DNA of 46,468 nucleotides, from the NCBI GenBank assembly GCA_900544945.1, contig UQXG01000001.1:1-46468 (forward strand). Direction: 5' to 3'. Under the pieces are notes generated by a model. The model was not told where the DNA came from and did no database searches. It worked only from the letters and a program-made list of their open reading frames with translations. Shown one piece after another: positions 34,334 through 46,288 of this stretch (the first letter of the stretch is position 1; every line of letters starts with the position of its first letter). The position numbers were made by a program, and so were the translations under genes. The DNA is from an uncultured Eubacteriales bacterium (GTDB taxonomy: Bacteria; Bacillota; Clostridia; Oscillospirales; Oscillospiraceae).

Positions 34334-35602
34334 ATGGAAGAAAAACTTGAAACCGCCGTCCAGGAGCGGGCGGTGCTGGTGGGACTGAACGCGGACTGCT
34401 TTTCCGAGGAGCAGACCGCCACGGAGGAATCCCTGAAGGAATTGGAGGATCTGCTGGAAACCGCCGGAGGCTTCTGCACCGGCAAAGTGCTCCAGAACCG
34501 GCATACTCCGGATTCTCACAGCTTCATCGGCGAGGGCAAGGCTCAGGAGATCCGGATGCTGGCGGAGGCCACCCAGTCCACCATGGTGATTTTTGACAAC
34601 GAGCTGTCCCCTGGAAATATCCGGGCACTGGAGGAGATTATCGGCGTGACGGTCATCGACCGCAGCGCACTGATTCTGGATATTTTTGCCCAACGGGCGA
34701 AGACCAAGGAAGGTCGGCTCCAGGTGGAGCTTGCCCAGTACAAGTATCTGCTGCCCCGGCTTTCCGGTATGGGCGCCAGCCTGTCCCGGCAGGGCGGCGG
34801 CATCGGTACCCGGGGCCCCGGCGAGACCAAGCTGGAATCCGACCGGCGGCATATCCGGGAGCGGATTACCCGGCTGGAAGAAGAATTGGAACAGGTGCGC
34901 AAGGTGCGGGCTGTCCAGCGGGAGCGGCGGATGAAGAATTCCATTCCTGTGGTTGCCATTGTGGGCTATACCAATGCAGGAAAGTCAACGCTTCTGAATC
35001 AGCTGACCAATGCGGGAATCCCCGCCAACAACCGCCTGTTCGATACCCTGGACACCACCTCCCGGCAGCTGACGGTGTCCGACAATCTGGACGTGATTCT
35101 GTCCGATACCGTGGGCTTTATTTCCAAGCTGCCCCACCACCTGGTGAACGCTTTCCACGCCACCCTAGAGGAGCTGGAATACGCCGACCTGTTGCTTCAC
35201 GTCATTGACGCTTCCGATCCGAACCTGGAAAAGCACGTTGCCGTGGTGGACAGGCTCATTGCCCAGCTGGCAAAGCCCGGCACTCCGGTGCTCAAGTGCT
35301 ACAACAAGGCTGACCTGGTCTACTCTGAGGATATCCCCAAGGGAAAGGACATTGTGGCCATTTCCGCCAAGCGGGGGAAAAATATGGACGGCCTTCTGAA
35401 GGCCATTGAGGAGACCCTGGGTCATTCCCGGCATCATGTGATTCTGCGCTTCCCCTACGACAAGGGCGGCATGGTGGAGACTCTCCACGATAACGCCCAG
35501 GTCAAGAAAGTGGAATACACGGAGGCCGGCATTGAGGTGGAGACGGTTCTCGACCCCATTCTCTACGGAAGACTAGCGCAGTACATTGTGAAGGAGTGCT
35601 GA
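34334..35602 (+). CDS. hflX: GTPase HflX
   Basis: LILDIFAQRA, GTRGPGET, GYTNAGKST, DTVGF and NKAD. ATG 34334 follows GGAGG. Confidence 0.97.
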   Translation: MEEKLETAVQERAVLVGLNADCFSEEQTATEESLKELEDLLETAGGFCTGKVLQNRHTPDSHSFIGEGKAQEIRMLAEATQSTMVIFDNELSPGNIRALEEIIGVTVIDRSALILDIFAQRAKTKEGRLQVELAQYKYLLPRLSGMGASLSRQGGGIGTRGPGETKLESDRRHIRERITRLEEELEQVRKVRAVQRERRMKNSIPVVAIVGYTNAGKSTLLNQLTNAGIPANNRLFDTLDTTSRQLTVSDNLDVILSDTVGFISKLPHHLVNAFHATLEELEYADLLLHVIDASDPNLEKHVAVVDRLIAQLAKPGTPVLKCYNKADLVYSEDIPKGKDIVAISAKRGKNMDGLLKAIEETLGHSRHHVILRFPYDKGGMVETLHDNAQVKKVEYTEAGIEVETVLDPILYGRLAQYIVKEC

Positions 35603-35606
35603 GCCC

Positions 35607-36260
35607 TTGGACGAGTATCTTGTCCCGAGTGAATACGGCGAAGACGAGTTTATCGAGAAGAAGTCCCGGTTTATCGGCCGAATCTGGCCGGTAGAGACGG
35701 AAGAAGAGGCGCTTGCCCGGATTCAGGAGATGAAAAAGAAGCACTACGATGCCACCCACAACTGCTGGGCTTACATCATCTGGGACGGAGTTGTCCGATT
35801 TTCCGACGACGGCGAGCCCGGAGGCACTGCGGGAATGCCCATGCTCCAGGTGCTCCAGCGGGAGGGCCTGTATAATGTGGTCTGCGTGGTGACCCGATAC
35901 TTCGGCGGCATTCTGCTGGGAGCAGGCGGCCTGGTGCGAGCCTACACCAAGGGTGCGAAAATCGCCGTGGACGCGGCGGGCAAGTCCATGAAGCGGGTGT
36001 GGACGGTGCTGTATGTGCCCTGTCCCTACAGCTTCTATGAGCGGGTACGGTTGGAGGCGGAAGCCTTCGGCGGCATTGTCCGTAAGGCGGACTTTGGCGC
36101 AGAGGTGGAGCTGGAGTTGTTGTTTCCCGAAGCGAAGACCCAGGCGTTTCTGGACAGGCTCACGGATATGACCGCGGGCACTGTGGAGAGTATGGAAATC
36201 GGTCAGGAATACCGGGCATTCCCGGTATCCGGGAAAGGAAGCGATTGCAGTGACGGTTAA
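35607..36260 (+). CDS. YigZ/IMPACT family protein
   Basis: KKSRFI, ATHNCWAY, SDDGEPGGTAG and RYFGGILLGAGGL. Confidence 0.93.
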   Translation: MDEYLVPSEYGEDEFIEKKSRFIGRIWPVETEEEALARIQEMKKKHYDATHNCWAYIIWDGVVRFSDDGEPGGTAGMPMLQVLQREGLYNVVCVVTRYFGGILLGAGGLVRAYTKGAKIAVDAAGKSMKRVWTVLYVPCPYSFYERVRLEAEAFGGIVRKADFGAEVELELLFPEAKTQAFLDRLTDMTAGTVESMEIGQEYRAFPVSGKGSDCSDG

Positions 36261-37263
36261 GGAAGAACTGGAACGGTTGGAGCATAAGCGGCTGAACCCC
36301 CTGGCAGCCTTCGCCGATCAGTCCAAGGGACGACCCCGGCAGGAGGAGCCCCGGGAAGAGGATGTGCGCACCTGCTATCAGCGGGACATTGACCGAATTG
36401 TCCACAGCAAGGCCTTCCGGCGGCTGATGCACAAAACCCAGGTGTTTCTTCAGCCTGAGGGAGACCATTATCGCACCCGAATGACCCACACTCTGGAGGT
36501 GTCCCGGATTGCCGGCACCATCACCCGGGCGTTAGGGCTCAACGAGGATCTGTCCGAGGCCATCGCCATGGGACACGACCTGGGTCACACCCCCTTCGGT
36601 CACGCCGGAGAGGCGGCTTTGTCCGACTGCCTGGGCAAGCCCTTCCGTCACAACGAGCAGAGTCTGCGGGTGGTGGATATTCTGGAACGGGACGGCATGG
36701 GTCTGAATCTGACCTATGAGGTTCGCATGGGCATTGTAGGCCACACCGGCGAAACCTGGCCGGAAACCCTAGAAGGAAAGATTGTCCGGCGCAGCGACCA
36801 GATTGCCTATGTGAACCACGATATTGACGATGCCATCCGGGCGGGAATCCTCACCAATGACGACATCCCCCAGGAGATTTCCGATGTGTTGGGTCACACC
36901 CACAGCAGCCGGATCAACACCCTGGTGACGGACGTGATCGACACCTCCCGGGAGGCGGGGGCCATCTGCCTGACGCCAAAAGTCGAGCGTGCTTTGAAGG
37001 ATCTTCGCAGCTTTATGTTTGCCCGGGTCTATCGGAATCCGGTGGCCAAGGGGGAGGAGAGCAAGGCCAAGGATATGCTCAAGCGGCTCTTTGACTACTA
37101 TATTTCCCATCCGGAGGCTCTGCCGGAGGATTTTCAGCCCCAGCTGTCCTTTGACGGCATGGAGCGGACGGTCTGCGACTATATCGCCGGTATGACGGAT
37201 AACTACGCCGTGGACAAATATACGGAAATTTTCATCCCCATGGGCTGGCATGTCCGGGGATAA
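36250..37263 (+). CDS. dgt: Deoxyguanosinetriphosphate triphosphohydrolase (HD)
   Basis: FRRLMHKTQVF, RTRMTHTLEV, HDLGHTPFGHAGE and DYIAGMTD. Confidence 0.93.
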   Translation: MTVKEELERLEHKRLNPLAAFADQSKGRPRQEEPREEDVRTCYQRDIDRIVHSKAFRRLMHKTQVFLQPEGDHYRTRMTHTLEVSRIAGTITRALGLNEDLSEAIAMGHDLGHTPFGHAGEAALSDCLGKPFRHNEQSLRVVDILERDGMGLNLTYEVRMGIVGHTGETWPETLEGKIVRRSDQIAYVNHDIDDAIRAGILTNDDIPQEISDVLGHTHSSRINTLVTDVIDTSREAGAICLTPKVERALKDLRSFMFARVYRNPVAKGEESKAKDMLKRLFDYYISHPEALPEDFQPQLSFDGMERTVCDYIAGMTDNYAVDKYTEIFIPMGWHVRG

Positions 37264-37300
37264 GAAATAACCAGAACATAATCGGGAAGGAGGGAAAATC

Positions 37301-39048
37301 ATGGCATTTCCGGAGGCCTTTCTGGACGAGCTGATTGCCAGAAATCCAATTGAAGATGTGGTAAGCCAATATGTGAACCTGAAACGCTCCGGCTCCAATC
37401 TGTTTGGCCTGTGCCCCTTCCATGGGGAGAAAACCCCCTCCTTTTCCGTTTCCCCGGATAAGGGAATCTACTACTGCTTCGGCTGTCACAAGGGCGGCAG
37501 CGTCATTAACTTCGAGATGGAAATTGAGGGCCTGAGCTATCCGGATGCCGTCCGGGCACTGGCCAAACGGGCAGGGCTGGAGGTTCCTGAGGACGAGCAG
37601 TACCAGTCCCGGTATCGCCAGCAGGAGCGGCTCTGGGCTCTCCACAAGGAGGCCGCCCGATTCTTTCACAGCCGGCTTTATGCCCCTATCGGGGCAAACG
37701 CCCTCCAATACGCCGCAGGCCGGGGAATGCCCAAATCCATTCTGACAAAATTCGGTATCGGCTATGCCCCGGACAGCTGGACGGATCTGGTAGACTACCT
37801 GCGAAGCAAGAACTATACCGATCAGGAGCTTCGGGACTCAGGGCTGGTAACGGTTTCTCAAAAGAACGGCAATCTCTTTGACCGGTTCCGGGATCGGCTG
37901 ATGTTCCCGATTATCGATGTCCGGGGGAATGTCATCGGCTTTGGCGGCCGGATTATGAACAGCAGCGACAAGTCAGCTGCCAAATACTTAAACTCCCCGG
38001 AAACCCTGATTTTCAATAAGCGAAAAAACCTCTTTGCCCTGAATCTGGCGAAAAAAAGCAAGCTGGGCTACTTAATCCTGGTGGAAGGGTACATGGATGC
38101 CATCGCCCTGCATCAGTACGGCTTTGACTGTGCGGTGGCGTCCCTGGGTACGGCTCTGACCGAGGACGGCGCAAATTTGCTGTCCCGGTACACCGAGCAG
38201 GTGGTGCTCATCTACGACGGCGACGAGGCCGGACAGAACGCCACCCAGCGAGCCATTCCCATTCTGGAAAAGGCTGGCCTTCAGGTGAAGGTGCTGAAAA
38301 TGCGGGATGCCAAGGATCCGGACGAGTATCTGAAAAAGTTCGGCGCCGACCGGTTCCGGATTCTGCTGGAGGAATCGGCTAACCGGGTGGAATACCAGCT
38401 GAACGCGATTCTGAAAAAATATGACCTCCGGGACGACGAGCAGAAGGTGCAGTACCTTCAGGAATCTGCCGGACTGATCGGTTCGCTGAGCAGTGCCGTT
38501 CAGCGGGAGGTCTACGGCGGTCGGGTGGCGGAGGCCGCGGGCATCAGTGAGGATGCCATGCGTCTGGAAGTGAATCGGGCACTGAAGCGTCGTACTTATC
38601 AAGAGAAGAAAAAGCAGGAAAAGATCGACCTGTCTCCTGCCCGGAGTTTGCAGCCAAAAGAAAAATCTATCCGCTACAGCAATCTCCGTTCGGCCAGAGC
38701 CGAGGAAATGATCATTGCCCAGGTGCTCCGGGAGCCGGCACTGTTTGCCCAGATTCCGGATTTGCAGCCGGAAATCTTTTCCTCGGAGTTTCTGGGTCGA
38801 GCCTTCCGGCAGCTTCGGGACCGTTATCACCTGGGGCTGGACGTGAGCCTTGGGGGACTTTCGGACTTTACCGCCGAGGAAATGTCCCATCTGGCGGGAA
38901 TTTCCCAGCAGCAGGGGCCGGTGAATGAGCGGAGCCTGCTGGACTGCGCCAACATCATCCGGGAGGAATACCAGAAATCCCAGACCAAAACCGAGGACGA
39001 TCTTATGCGTTTTCGGGAAAAATTGCAGAAAAGCAAAGGAATCAAAGC

Positions 39049-39052
<4 letters not shown>
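37301..39052 (+). CDS. dnaG: DNA primase
   Basis: CPFHGEKTPSF..CFGC Zn finger, KYLNSPET, EGYMD, YDGDEAG and KDPDE. Confidence 0.98.
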
Positions 39053-39913
<861 letters not shown>

Positions 39914-39921
<8 letters not shown>

Positions 39922-40942
39922 ACTGGAATTTTCCTTTGAGCCGGATCCGGTGGACGCATTCCTTTCCGGCCTGAAAACGGGAGATCGGGTAGCTGCGTCC
40001 CGCCTTCTGACGCTGCTGGAAGGGGAGGACACCGAGACTCTGGAGAACGTTTTGCAAGAGCTGGAAACCGCCGGGGTAACGTTGGAGATTGACCTTCCCA
40101 AGACCCACGGCACCGGCGAGGCCGCTGCCCGTCTGCGTCAGGAGGAGCTTCTGGCGGCAGAGGGACTGAATCCCGGCCTTATGGAAGAAAGTGACCCTTT
40201 GCGGATGTATCTGGAGGAGCTGGCAGGCGTTCCCGCCTTTGGAGATGAGGCGGTTCTTGCCGCCCAGTGCGCCGAAAAGGCCGGTGGGGAAGAGCAGCTG
40301 GCAAATCTGGGCCTTTCCCGGGTCATCGAGCTGGCACAGAACTATGTGGGTTACGGCGTGCTTCTGATGGATTTGATTCAGGAGGGCAGTCTGGGTCTCT
40401 GGCAGGCCATTCAGTCCTACTGTGAGGGGGTCTATGCCGATCACCGGGATCGGTGGATTCGGTTTTATCTGGCCCGGGCGGTGATTTTACAGGCACACGC
40501 CAGCGGCGTGGGGCAGAAAATGCGCCGTGCCATGGAGGACTATCGGCAGATTGACGAGCGGCTTCTGGCCGAGCTGGGACGGAATCCCACTCTGGAGGAA
40601 ATCGCGGAGCAGCTGCATATGTCCCCGGAGGAGACGGAGGCCGTCAAAAAAACGATCGAAAACGCCCGCCTGGTTGACCGGGTGAACTGTCCGGAGGAGC
40701 CGGAGGACAGCCAGGAGCAGACCCAGGCGGTGGAGGACACGGCGCTGTTCCAGATGCGCCAGCGCATCGGAGACCTGCTGTCCGGTCTGGAGGAGACGGA
40801 TGCCCGGCTCCTGACCTTGCGCTTCGGCTTGGAGGGTGGCAAGCCCCGTACTCCGGAGGAAACAGGCAGACTGCTGGGCCTGACACCCCAGGAGGTGGTT
40901 GCCCGGGAGGCCGCCGCCCTGAGCAAATTGAGAAAGGGATAA
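39914..40942 (+). CDS. Degenerate RpoD-derived sigma-70-like protein
   Basis: DPLRMYL, DLIQEGSLGL, LGRNPTLEEIA and LRFGL..ALSKLR are retained. Regions 2.3-2.4 and 4.2 have diverged. Confidence 0.85.
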
Positions 40943-40946
40943 GATT

Positions 40947-41627
40947 ATGGCTAAGAAAATTTCCATCGCCATTGATGGGCCTGCCGGTGCGGGCAAAAGC
41001 ACCATTGCCCGCCGCCTGGCCGCGGAAATGGACTATCATTATGTGGACACCGGTGCCATTTACCGGACGGTTGCCTACTTTTTCGACCTGTGGGGGGTTA
41101 GTCCCAAGGATATTGACGGCATTTCCCGCTACATCGACGAGCTGACCGTCAGAATTGAATACGATGCCCAGGGCGTTCAGCACATGATTATGAACGGCAT
41201 GGACGTGACCGGGGACATCCGCACTCCGGAGATTTCCCAGAAGGCCAGCCTGATTTCCGCTCACGCCATTGTCCGGGATATGCTGCTGGATATGCAGCGG
41301 GAGATTGCCCAGCAGTATGATGTGATCATGGACGGCCGGGATATCGGCACGGTGGTGCTGCCTAAGGCCACTGTAAAATTCTTCCTCACCGCCTCCCCGG
41401 AGGTTCGGGCAAAGCGACGTACCAAGGAGCTGCTGGAAAAGGGACAGAAGGCGGACTATGAGAAGATTCTCAAGGACATTCAGCAGCGGGACTACCAGGA
41501 TACCCACCGGGAGGTGGCTCCCCTGAAAATGACCCGGGATTCCGTAAAGCTGGATACCTCCGACATGACCATCGATGAGGTGATCGCCGCCATGAAGGAA
41601 ACGATTGCAAAGAAGGTGGCACCGTGA
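40947..41627 (+). CDS. cmk: Cytidylate kinase
   Basis: IAIDGPAGAGKST, DTGAIYR, MDGRDIGTVV and RDYQD. Confidence 0.97.
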   Translation: MAKKISIAIDGPAGAGKSTIARRLAAEMDYHYVDTGAIYRTVAYFFDLWGVSPKDIDGISRYIDELTVRIEYDAQGVQHMIMNGMDVTGDIRTPEISQKASLISAHAIVRDMLLDMQREIAQQYDVIMDGRDIGTVVLPKATVKFFLTASPEVRAKRRTKELLEKGQKADYEKILKDIQQRDYQDTHREVAPLKMTRDSVKLDTSDMTIDEVIAAMKETIAKKVAP

Positions 41628-43564
41628 GCGTCCGGGTGGCGAAAAGCGCCGGCTTCTGCTTCGGCGTCAGCCGGGCGGTAGAGCTGGTGGAGAAGGCTGC
41701 CCAGGAGGGACGGAAGGTGGCCACCCTGGGCCCCATTATCCACAACCGGCATGTGGTGGACAAATTCGAGAAAATGGGCGTTCGGGTCATCGACACCCCG
41801 GAGGAGGCTCTGCCCGGAGAAACAGTCATTATTCGCTCCCACGGCATCAGCCGGGCGGTGTATGAGCGGCTGGAAGCGCAGAAGGTGGAGATCATCGACG
41901 CCACCTGCCCCTTCGTCAAGCGGATTCACACCATCGTCAGCCGGGCAAGCGAGGAAGGGCGGCTTCCCATCATCATCGGCACCCCCACCCATCCGGAGGT
42001 GGAGGGAATCGCCGGCTGGTGCGGGGATTGCCGGGTGTTTCAGGATGTGTCGGAGCTTGAAAACTGGGTAAAATCTGAGAAAATTTCCAGCGATTTGGCA
42101 ATTTGCATGGTTTCACAGACGACTTCCACTGAATCTTTGTGGAAATTGTGCGGTGAATTTGCAAAAAAACAGTTTACTAACTTGAAAATTTTTGATACAA
42201 TATGCAGAGCAACGGAGTATAGGCAAAGCGAAGCAGCAGAACTGAGTGGAGTATGTCAGGCAATGGTCGTTGTAGGAGACCCCAAAAGTTCCAACACAGG
42301 CCGTCTCGCTATGATTTGCCGAGAGCACTGCGATAAGGTCTTCCTGGTGGACAATGCCGCCGAGCTGAAAGCGGAAGACTTTTCCGGTGTTACAGATGTT
42401 GGAATCACTGCCGGCGCGTCGACTCCGGCGTGGATTATAAAGGAGGTCAACAAGACTATGAGTGAAATTACCAATGCTGAGGCTGTACAGGAGGAGAACT
42501 TTGCGGAGCTTCTCGAGCAGTCCATCAAGACTTTAAATACAGGAGATAAGGTCGTAGGCACCGTTACCGGTATCGGAAATACCGAGGTTCAGGTGGATCT
42601 GGGCACCAAGCACGCCGGCTACATCCCCTATGATGAAGTCAGCAACGATCCTTCTGTCAAGCCTGAGGACATTCTGAAGGTGGGCGACGAGATCGAGGTC
42701 TTCGTCGTTCGCGTGAACGATCAGGAAGGCACCGTGCAGCTGTCCAAGAAGAAGCTGGACGGCCTGAAGGTCTGGGACGACATGGCTGCCTGGGTGGAGG
42801 ATAAGACCACCGTGGAAGGCGTTATTACCGAGGAGAACAAGGGCGGTCTGGTTGCCAATGTGAAGGGCATCCGTGTCTTTATCCCCGCTTCCCAGTCCGG
42901 CATCGCCAAGGGCGGCGACATGGCCGGTATGGTGGGCAAGACCGTGCAGATGAAGATCACTGAGGTCAACCGTGCCCGTCGCCGTGTCATCGGCTCCATC
43001 CGCGCCGTTTCCTCCGAGGCTCGTAAGGCTGCTCAGGAGAAAATCTGGAGCGAGATCGAGGTGGGCAAGAAGTATCACGGCGTTGTGAAGTCCCTGACTT
43101 CCTACGGCGCTTTCGTGGACATCGGCGGCGTGGACGGCATGGTGCACGTTTCCGAGCTGAGCTGGAACCGGATCAAGACCCCCGCGGACGTGGTGAAGGT
43201 CGGCGACGAAATCGACGTTTACGTCATCTCCTTCGATCCCGAGAAGCACAAGATTTCTCTGGGCTACAAGACTGCCGAGATGAACCCCTGGAACCAGTTC
43301 ATGACCAATTACGCTGTGGGCGACGTGGTGGATGCCAAGATTGTCAAGCTGATGACCTTCGGTGCTTTCGCTGAGATTCTGCCCGGTGTAGACGGCCTGA
43401 TTCACATTTCCCAGATCGCTGACCGCCGGATTGGCAAGCCCGAGGATGTGCTGTCCGAGGGTCAGGACGTGAAGGTCAAGATCACGGATGTGGATGCCGA
43501 GAACAAGCGCATCTCCCTGTCCATCCGGGCTCTGCTGGAGGACAATGGCGAGGACGCCGAGTAA
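41624..43564 (+). CDS. ispH: Bifunctional IspH / 30S ribosomal protein S1 fusion
   Basis: AGFCFGV, IHN, DATCPFV, HPEV, QTT, TIC.AT, SSNT and TAGASTP, followed by four S1 domains. Confidence 0.95.
   Translation: MSVRVAKSAGFCFGVSRAVELVEKAAQEGRKVATLGPIIHNRHVVDKFEKMGVRVIDTPEEALPGETVIIRSHGISRAVYERLEAQKVEIIDATCPFVKRIHTIVSRASEEGRLPIIIGTPTHPEVEGIAGWCGDCRVFQDVSELENWVKSEKISSDLAICMVSQTTSTESLWKLCGEFAKKQFTNLKIFDTICRATEYRQSEAAELSGVCQAMVVVGDPKSSNTGRLAMICREHCDKVFLVDNAAELKAEDFSGVTDVGITAGASTPAWIIKEVNKTMSEITNAEAVQEENFAELLEQSIKTLNTGDKVVGTVTGIGNTEVQVDLGTKHAGYIPYDEVSNDPSVKPEDILKVGDEIEVFVVRVNDQEGTVQLSKKKLDGLKVWDDMAAWVEDKTTVEGVITEENKGGLVANVKGIRVFIPASQSGIAKGGDMAGMVGKTVQMKITEVNRARRRVIGSIRAVSSEARKAAQEKIWSEIEVGKKYHGVVKSLTSYGAFVDIGGVDGMVHVSELSWNRIKTPADVVKVGDEIDVYVISFDPEKHKISLGYKTAEMNPWNQFMTNYAVGDVVDAKIVKLMTFGAFAEILPGVDGLIHISQIADRRIGKPEDVLSEGQDVKVKITDVDAENKRISLSIRALLEDNGEDAE
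42173..42201 (+). promoter_or_regulatory. Internal sigmaA-type promoter within ispH, probably for S1
   Basis: TTTACT-17 nt-(TGn)TACAAT in an AT-rich patch. Downstream AAGGAGGT (42440) precedes an in-frame ATG at 42458. Confidence 0.6.
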
Positions 43565-43575
43565 TTTTTCAAAGG

Positions 43576-43608
43576 AACACCGGGACTGACCATAGTCCCG
43601 GTGTTTTT
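43576..43608 (+). terminator. Intrinsic terminator after ispH-rpsA
   Basis: AACACCGGGACT/AGTCCCGGTGTT followed by TTT. Confidence 0.8.
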
Positions 43609-43646
43609 CGTAATACCGAAAACTCCTCCACAGAAAGGACATCACC

Positions 43647-43928
43647 ATGGTAAAGCATATTATTTTCTTTACGCTGAAGCCGGAGGCAGACAAGGACAAG
43701 GTAATTTCCGCAACCCAGGCTGCCCTCTTGCCTCTGGTGGGCAAAATCCCGGGTTTAACTAAAATGGAAGTGAAAAAAACCTTCGTCGGCCCGGATTTTG
43801 TGCTCTATTCCGAGCTGGAAAGCCGGGAGGCTCTGGCCGTTTACGCCGATCATCCGGCCCATATCGAGGCGAAAACCCATTTCTTCCCCTGGGTGCAGTC
43901 CCGGGTGGCAGCGGACTACGAGGTTTAA
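43647..43928 (+). CDS. Dabb (stress-responsive A/B barrel) protein
   Basis: MVKHIIFF, L.GKIPG, Y.DHPAH and DYE. Confidence 0.88.
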   Translation: MVKHIIFFTLKPEADKDKVISATQAALLPLVGKIPGLTKMEVKKTFVGPDFVLYSELESREALAVYADHPAHIEAKTHFFPWVQSRVAADYEV

Positions 43929-44092
43929 TACTATTTCTTAATAAAATGATTTCATCATTTTACTTAAGCCGTTTCACGGCAGACCGCCTGGGCGGCGGTA
44001 AGAAATGTATTGACTTCGTTTTTTAGCGGCAGTGGGCGCAATCCTGCGGCCTAATAAAACGCTTTTAAGCGTTTTATTAAAAACTCGTATAG
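43926..44092. mobile_element. MITE-like repeat family A, copy 2
   Basis: Near-identical to 13018-13190. Core is flanked by TAA/TAG. Confidence 0.8.
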
Positions 44093-44104
44093 GGAGAGAG
44101 AATT

Positions 44105-44374
44105 ATGAAAGCAGTTGTAACAGTTGTCGGCAAGGATCGGGTGGGCATTATCGCGAATGTCTGTACAGCCCTGGCAGGCTATCAGGTCAATGTTCTGGAC
44201 ATCAACCAGACGGTTATGCAGGGCTACTTCACCATGATGATGGTGGTGGAGGTTTCTGCCTGCAATGCGCCCCTTTCGGAGCTGGTTACCGGTATGGAGC
44301 AGCTGGGTCGGGAGATGGGACTGTCCATCCGGGTGCAGCGGGAAGATATTTTTGAAGCCATGCACCGGATTTGA
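44105..44374 (+). CDS. ACT-domain protein (UPF0237 type)
   Basis: MKAVVTVVGKDRVGIIA, NVLDINQT and QREDIFEAMHRI. Confidence 0.92.
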   Translation: MKAVVTVVGKDRVGIIANVCTALAGYQVNVLDINQTVMQGYFTMMMVVEVSACNAPLSELVTGMEQLGREMGLSIRVQREDIFEAMHRI

Positions 44375-44383
44375 GGTGCCGCC

Positions 44384-45742
44384 ATGCTGAATTATAATGA
44401 GATCCTGGCCACCCAGGACATGATCGACAAGCGGCACCTGGACATCCGTACCATCACCATGGGCATCAGCCTGCTGGACTGCTGCGACCCGGATTTGAGC
44501 GTGTGCTGCGCAAAAATTTATAAGAAAATCACTACTTTTGCAAAAGATCTGGTAAAAACCGGCGAGGAAATCGAAAAGGAATTCGGAATTCCCATTGTGA
44601 ACAAGCGGATTTCCGTGACGCCCATTTCTTTGGTTGCCGCTGCCTGCCAGACGGATTCCTATGTGGAAATCGCCAAGACCCTGGATGCCGCTGCCAAAAC
44701 CTGCGGGGTGAACTTCATCGGCGGTTTTTCCGCTCTGGTGCAGAAGGGCTGCACGGAAAGCGACTGGAAGCTGATTCGCTCCATTCCCGAGGCCATGAAG
44801 GTTACGGAGCGGGTCTGCGCCAGTATCAACGTTGGCTCCACCAAGGCGGGTATCAACATGGATGCCGTTGCGGAAATGGGGCGGATCGTTAAGAAAACCG
44901 CCGAGCTGACCGCGGACAACGGCGGCCTGGGCTGTGCCAAGCTGGTGGTGTTTGCCAACGCCGTGGAGGACAACCCCTTTATGGCCGGTGCTTTCCACGG
45001 GGTCGGGGAACCGGAGTGCGAGCTGAATGTGGGCGTTTCCGGCCCCGGCGTGGTGTACCACGCCCTTCAGAGCGTGAAGGGCCAGCCCTTCGATGTGGTG
45101 GCTGAGACCATCAAGAAAACCGCTTTCCAGATCACCCGAATGGGACAGCTGGTGGGCAGAGAGGCTTCCAAGCGGCTGGGCGTTCCCTTTGGCATTGTGG
45201 ATCTGAGCCTGGCTCCCACCCCGGCGGTGGGGGACAGCGTGGCTCGGATTCTGGAGGAAATGGGTCTGGAGGTCTGCGGAACCCACGGTACCACCGCCGC
45301 GCTGGCAATGCTGAACGACGCGGTAAAGAAGGGCGGCGTGATGGCCTCCAACCATGTGGGCGGCCTGTCCGGCGCGTTCATCCCGGTGTCCGAGGACGAG
45401 GGCATGATTGCCGCCGCCGAGGACGGCACATTGGTTCTCGACAAGCTGGAAGCCATGACCTGCGTGTGCTCTGTGGGACTGGACATGATTGCCGTGCCCG
45501 GGGACACCAGTGCCGCTACCATCTCCGCCATCATCGCCGACGAAGCGGCCATCGGCATGGTCAATTCCAAGACCACCGCCGTCCGGATCATTCCCGCTCC
45601 CGGCAAGGTGGTGGGCGACCGGATTGAGCTGGGCGGACTGCTGGGCAGCGCACCGGTGATGCCGGTACACGGAAAGTCCAGCGAGGCCTTCGTAGCCCGG
45701 GGCGGCCGGATTCCCGCCCCGCTTCAGAGCCTGAAAAACTGA
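44384..45742 (+). CDS. PFL-family / DUF711 (UPF0210) protein
   Basis: [46 protein letters not shown] and [10 protein letters not shown]. Confidence 0.9.
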   Translation: MLNYNEILATQDMIDKRHLDIRTITMGISLLDCCDPDLSVCCAKIYKKITTFAKDLVKTGEEIEKEFGIPIVNKRISVTPISLVAAACQTDSYVEIAKTLDAAAKTCGVNFIGGFSALVQKGCTESDWKLIRSIPEAMKVTERVCASINVGSTKAGINMDAVAEMGRIVKKTAELTADNGGLGCAKLVVFANAVEDNPFMAGAFHGVGEPECELNVGVSGPGVVYHALQSVKGQPFDVVAETIKKTAFQITRMGQLVGREASKRLGVPFGIVDLSLAPTPAVGDSVARILEEMGLEVCGTHGTTAALAMLNDAVKKGGVMASNHVGGLSGAFIPVSEDEGMIAAAEDGTLVLDKLEAMTCVCSVGLDMIAVPGDTSAATISAIIADEAAIGMVNSKTTAVRIIPAPGKVVGDRIELGGLLGSAPVMPVHGKSSEAFVARGGRIPAPLQSLKN

Positions 45743-45755
45743 TTGGGAAAGACGA

Positions 45756-45793
45756 AGAACCTGCCTGGGCTGTACCTGGGCAGGTTCTCTTTT
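45756..45793 (+). terminator. Intrinsic terminator
   Basis: AGAACCTGCCTGGG/CCTGGGCAGGTTCT followed by CTTTT. Confidence 0.7.
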
Positions 45794-45849
45794 GGACAAT
45801 TGTAAGAAATTCACAAAATAAGTTTACATAATTTTTAAGGTTTCAGGGA

Positions 45850-45878
45850 TTGCGATTTCCGCTTCCACCGTGTATAAT
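45850..45878 (+). promoter_or_regulatory. sigmaA-type promoter
   Basis: TTGCGA-17 nt-TATAAT. Confidence 0.65.
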
Positions 45879-45907
45879 ACAGGGAGAACTGGGGACGGGG
45901 GAATTCC

Positions 45908-46279
45908 ATGAAGCGTTTGATTGCCGTAGGCCTGGCATTGGCGGTGGTGCTGGGGGGCGTTTTTATCTATCTGCGAAGCACCGCCATTACGCCGGAGCTC
46001 TATACCGGCGAATGGTATCGGGTGGAGGACGGAAAGCAATACCGCTTCCACCAGGGGATAATCTCTCCTGTTGACGCCCAGGGGGAGTTTGCCGGAGCCT
46101 ACGTTTTCTGTGCGGAGAAAATTCTCCTGTTCATCAAGGAGCCTGCCGGCACCAGCCGGGTCTGTGAGCTGTACCCTGGAGGCGTGCCGAAGGGGGAATT
46201 CCTCTGTGAGGGCAGTGGGGAAAAGGGGAGAATCGTCTTTTCCCGAACGAATTTGGAAGAAACAGAGCCGGGAGCTTAG
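45908..46279 (+). CDS. Hypothetical exported or membrane-anchored beta-rich protein
   Basis: MKR plus hydrophobic N-terminus, GEW motif, and upstream promoter and SD. Confidence 0.7.
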   Translation: MKRLIAVGLALAVVLGGVFIYLRSTAITPELYTGEWYRVEDGKQYRFHQGIISPVDAQGEFAGAYVFCAEKILLFIKEPAGTSRVCELYPGGVPKGEFLCEGSGEKGRIVFSRTNLEETEPGA

Positions 46280-46288
46280 CTCCCGGCT

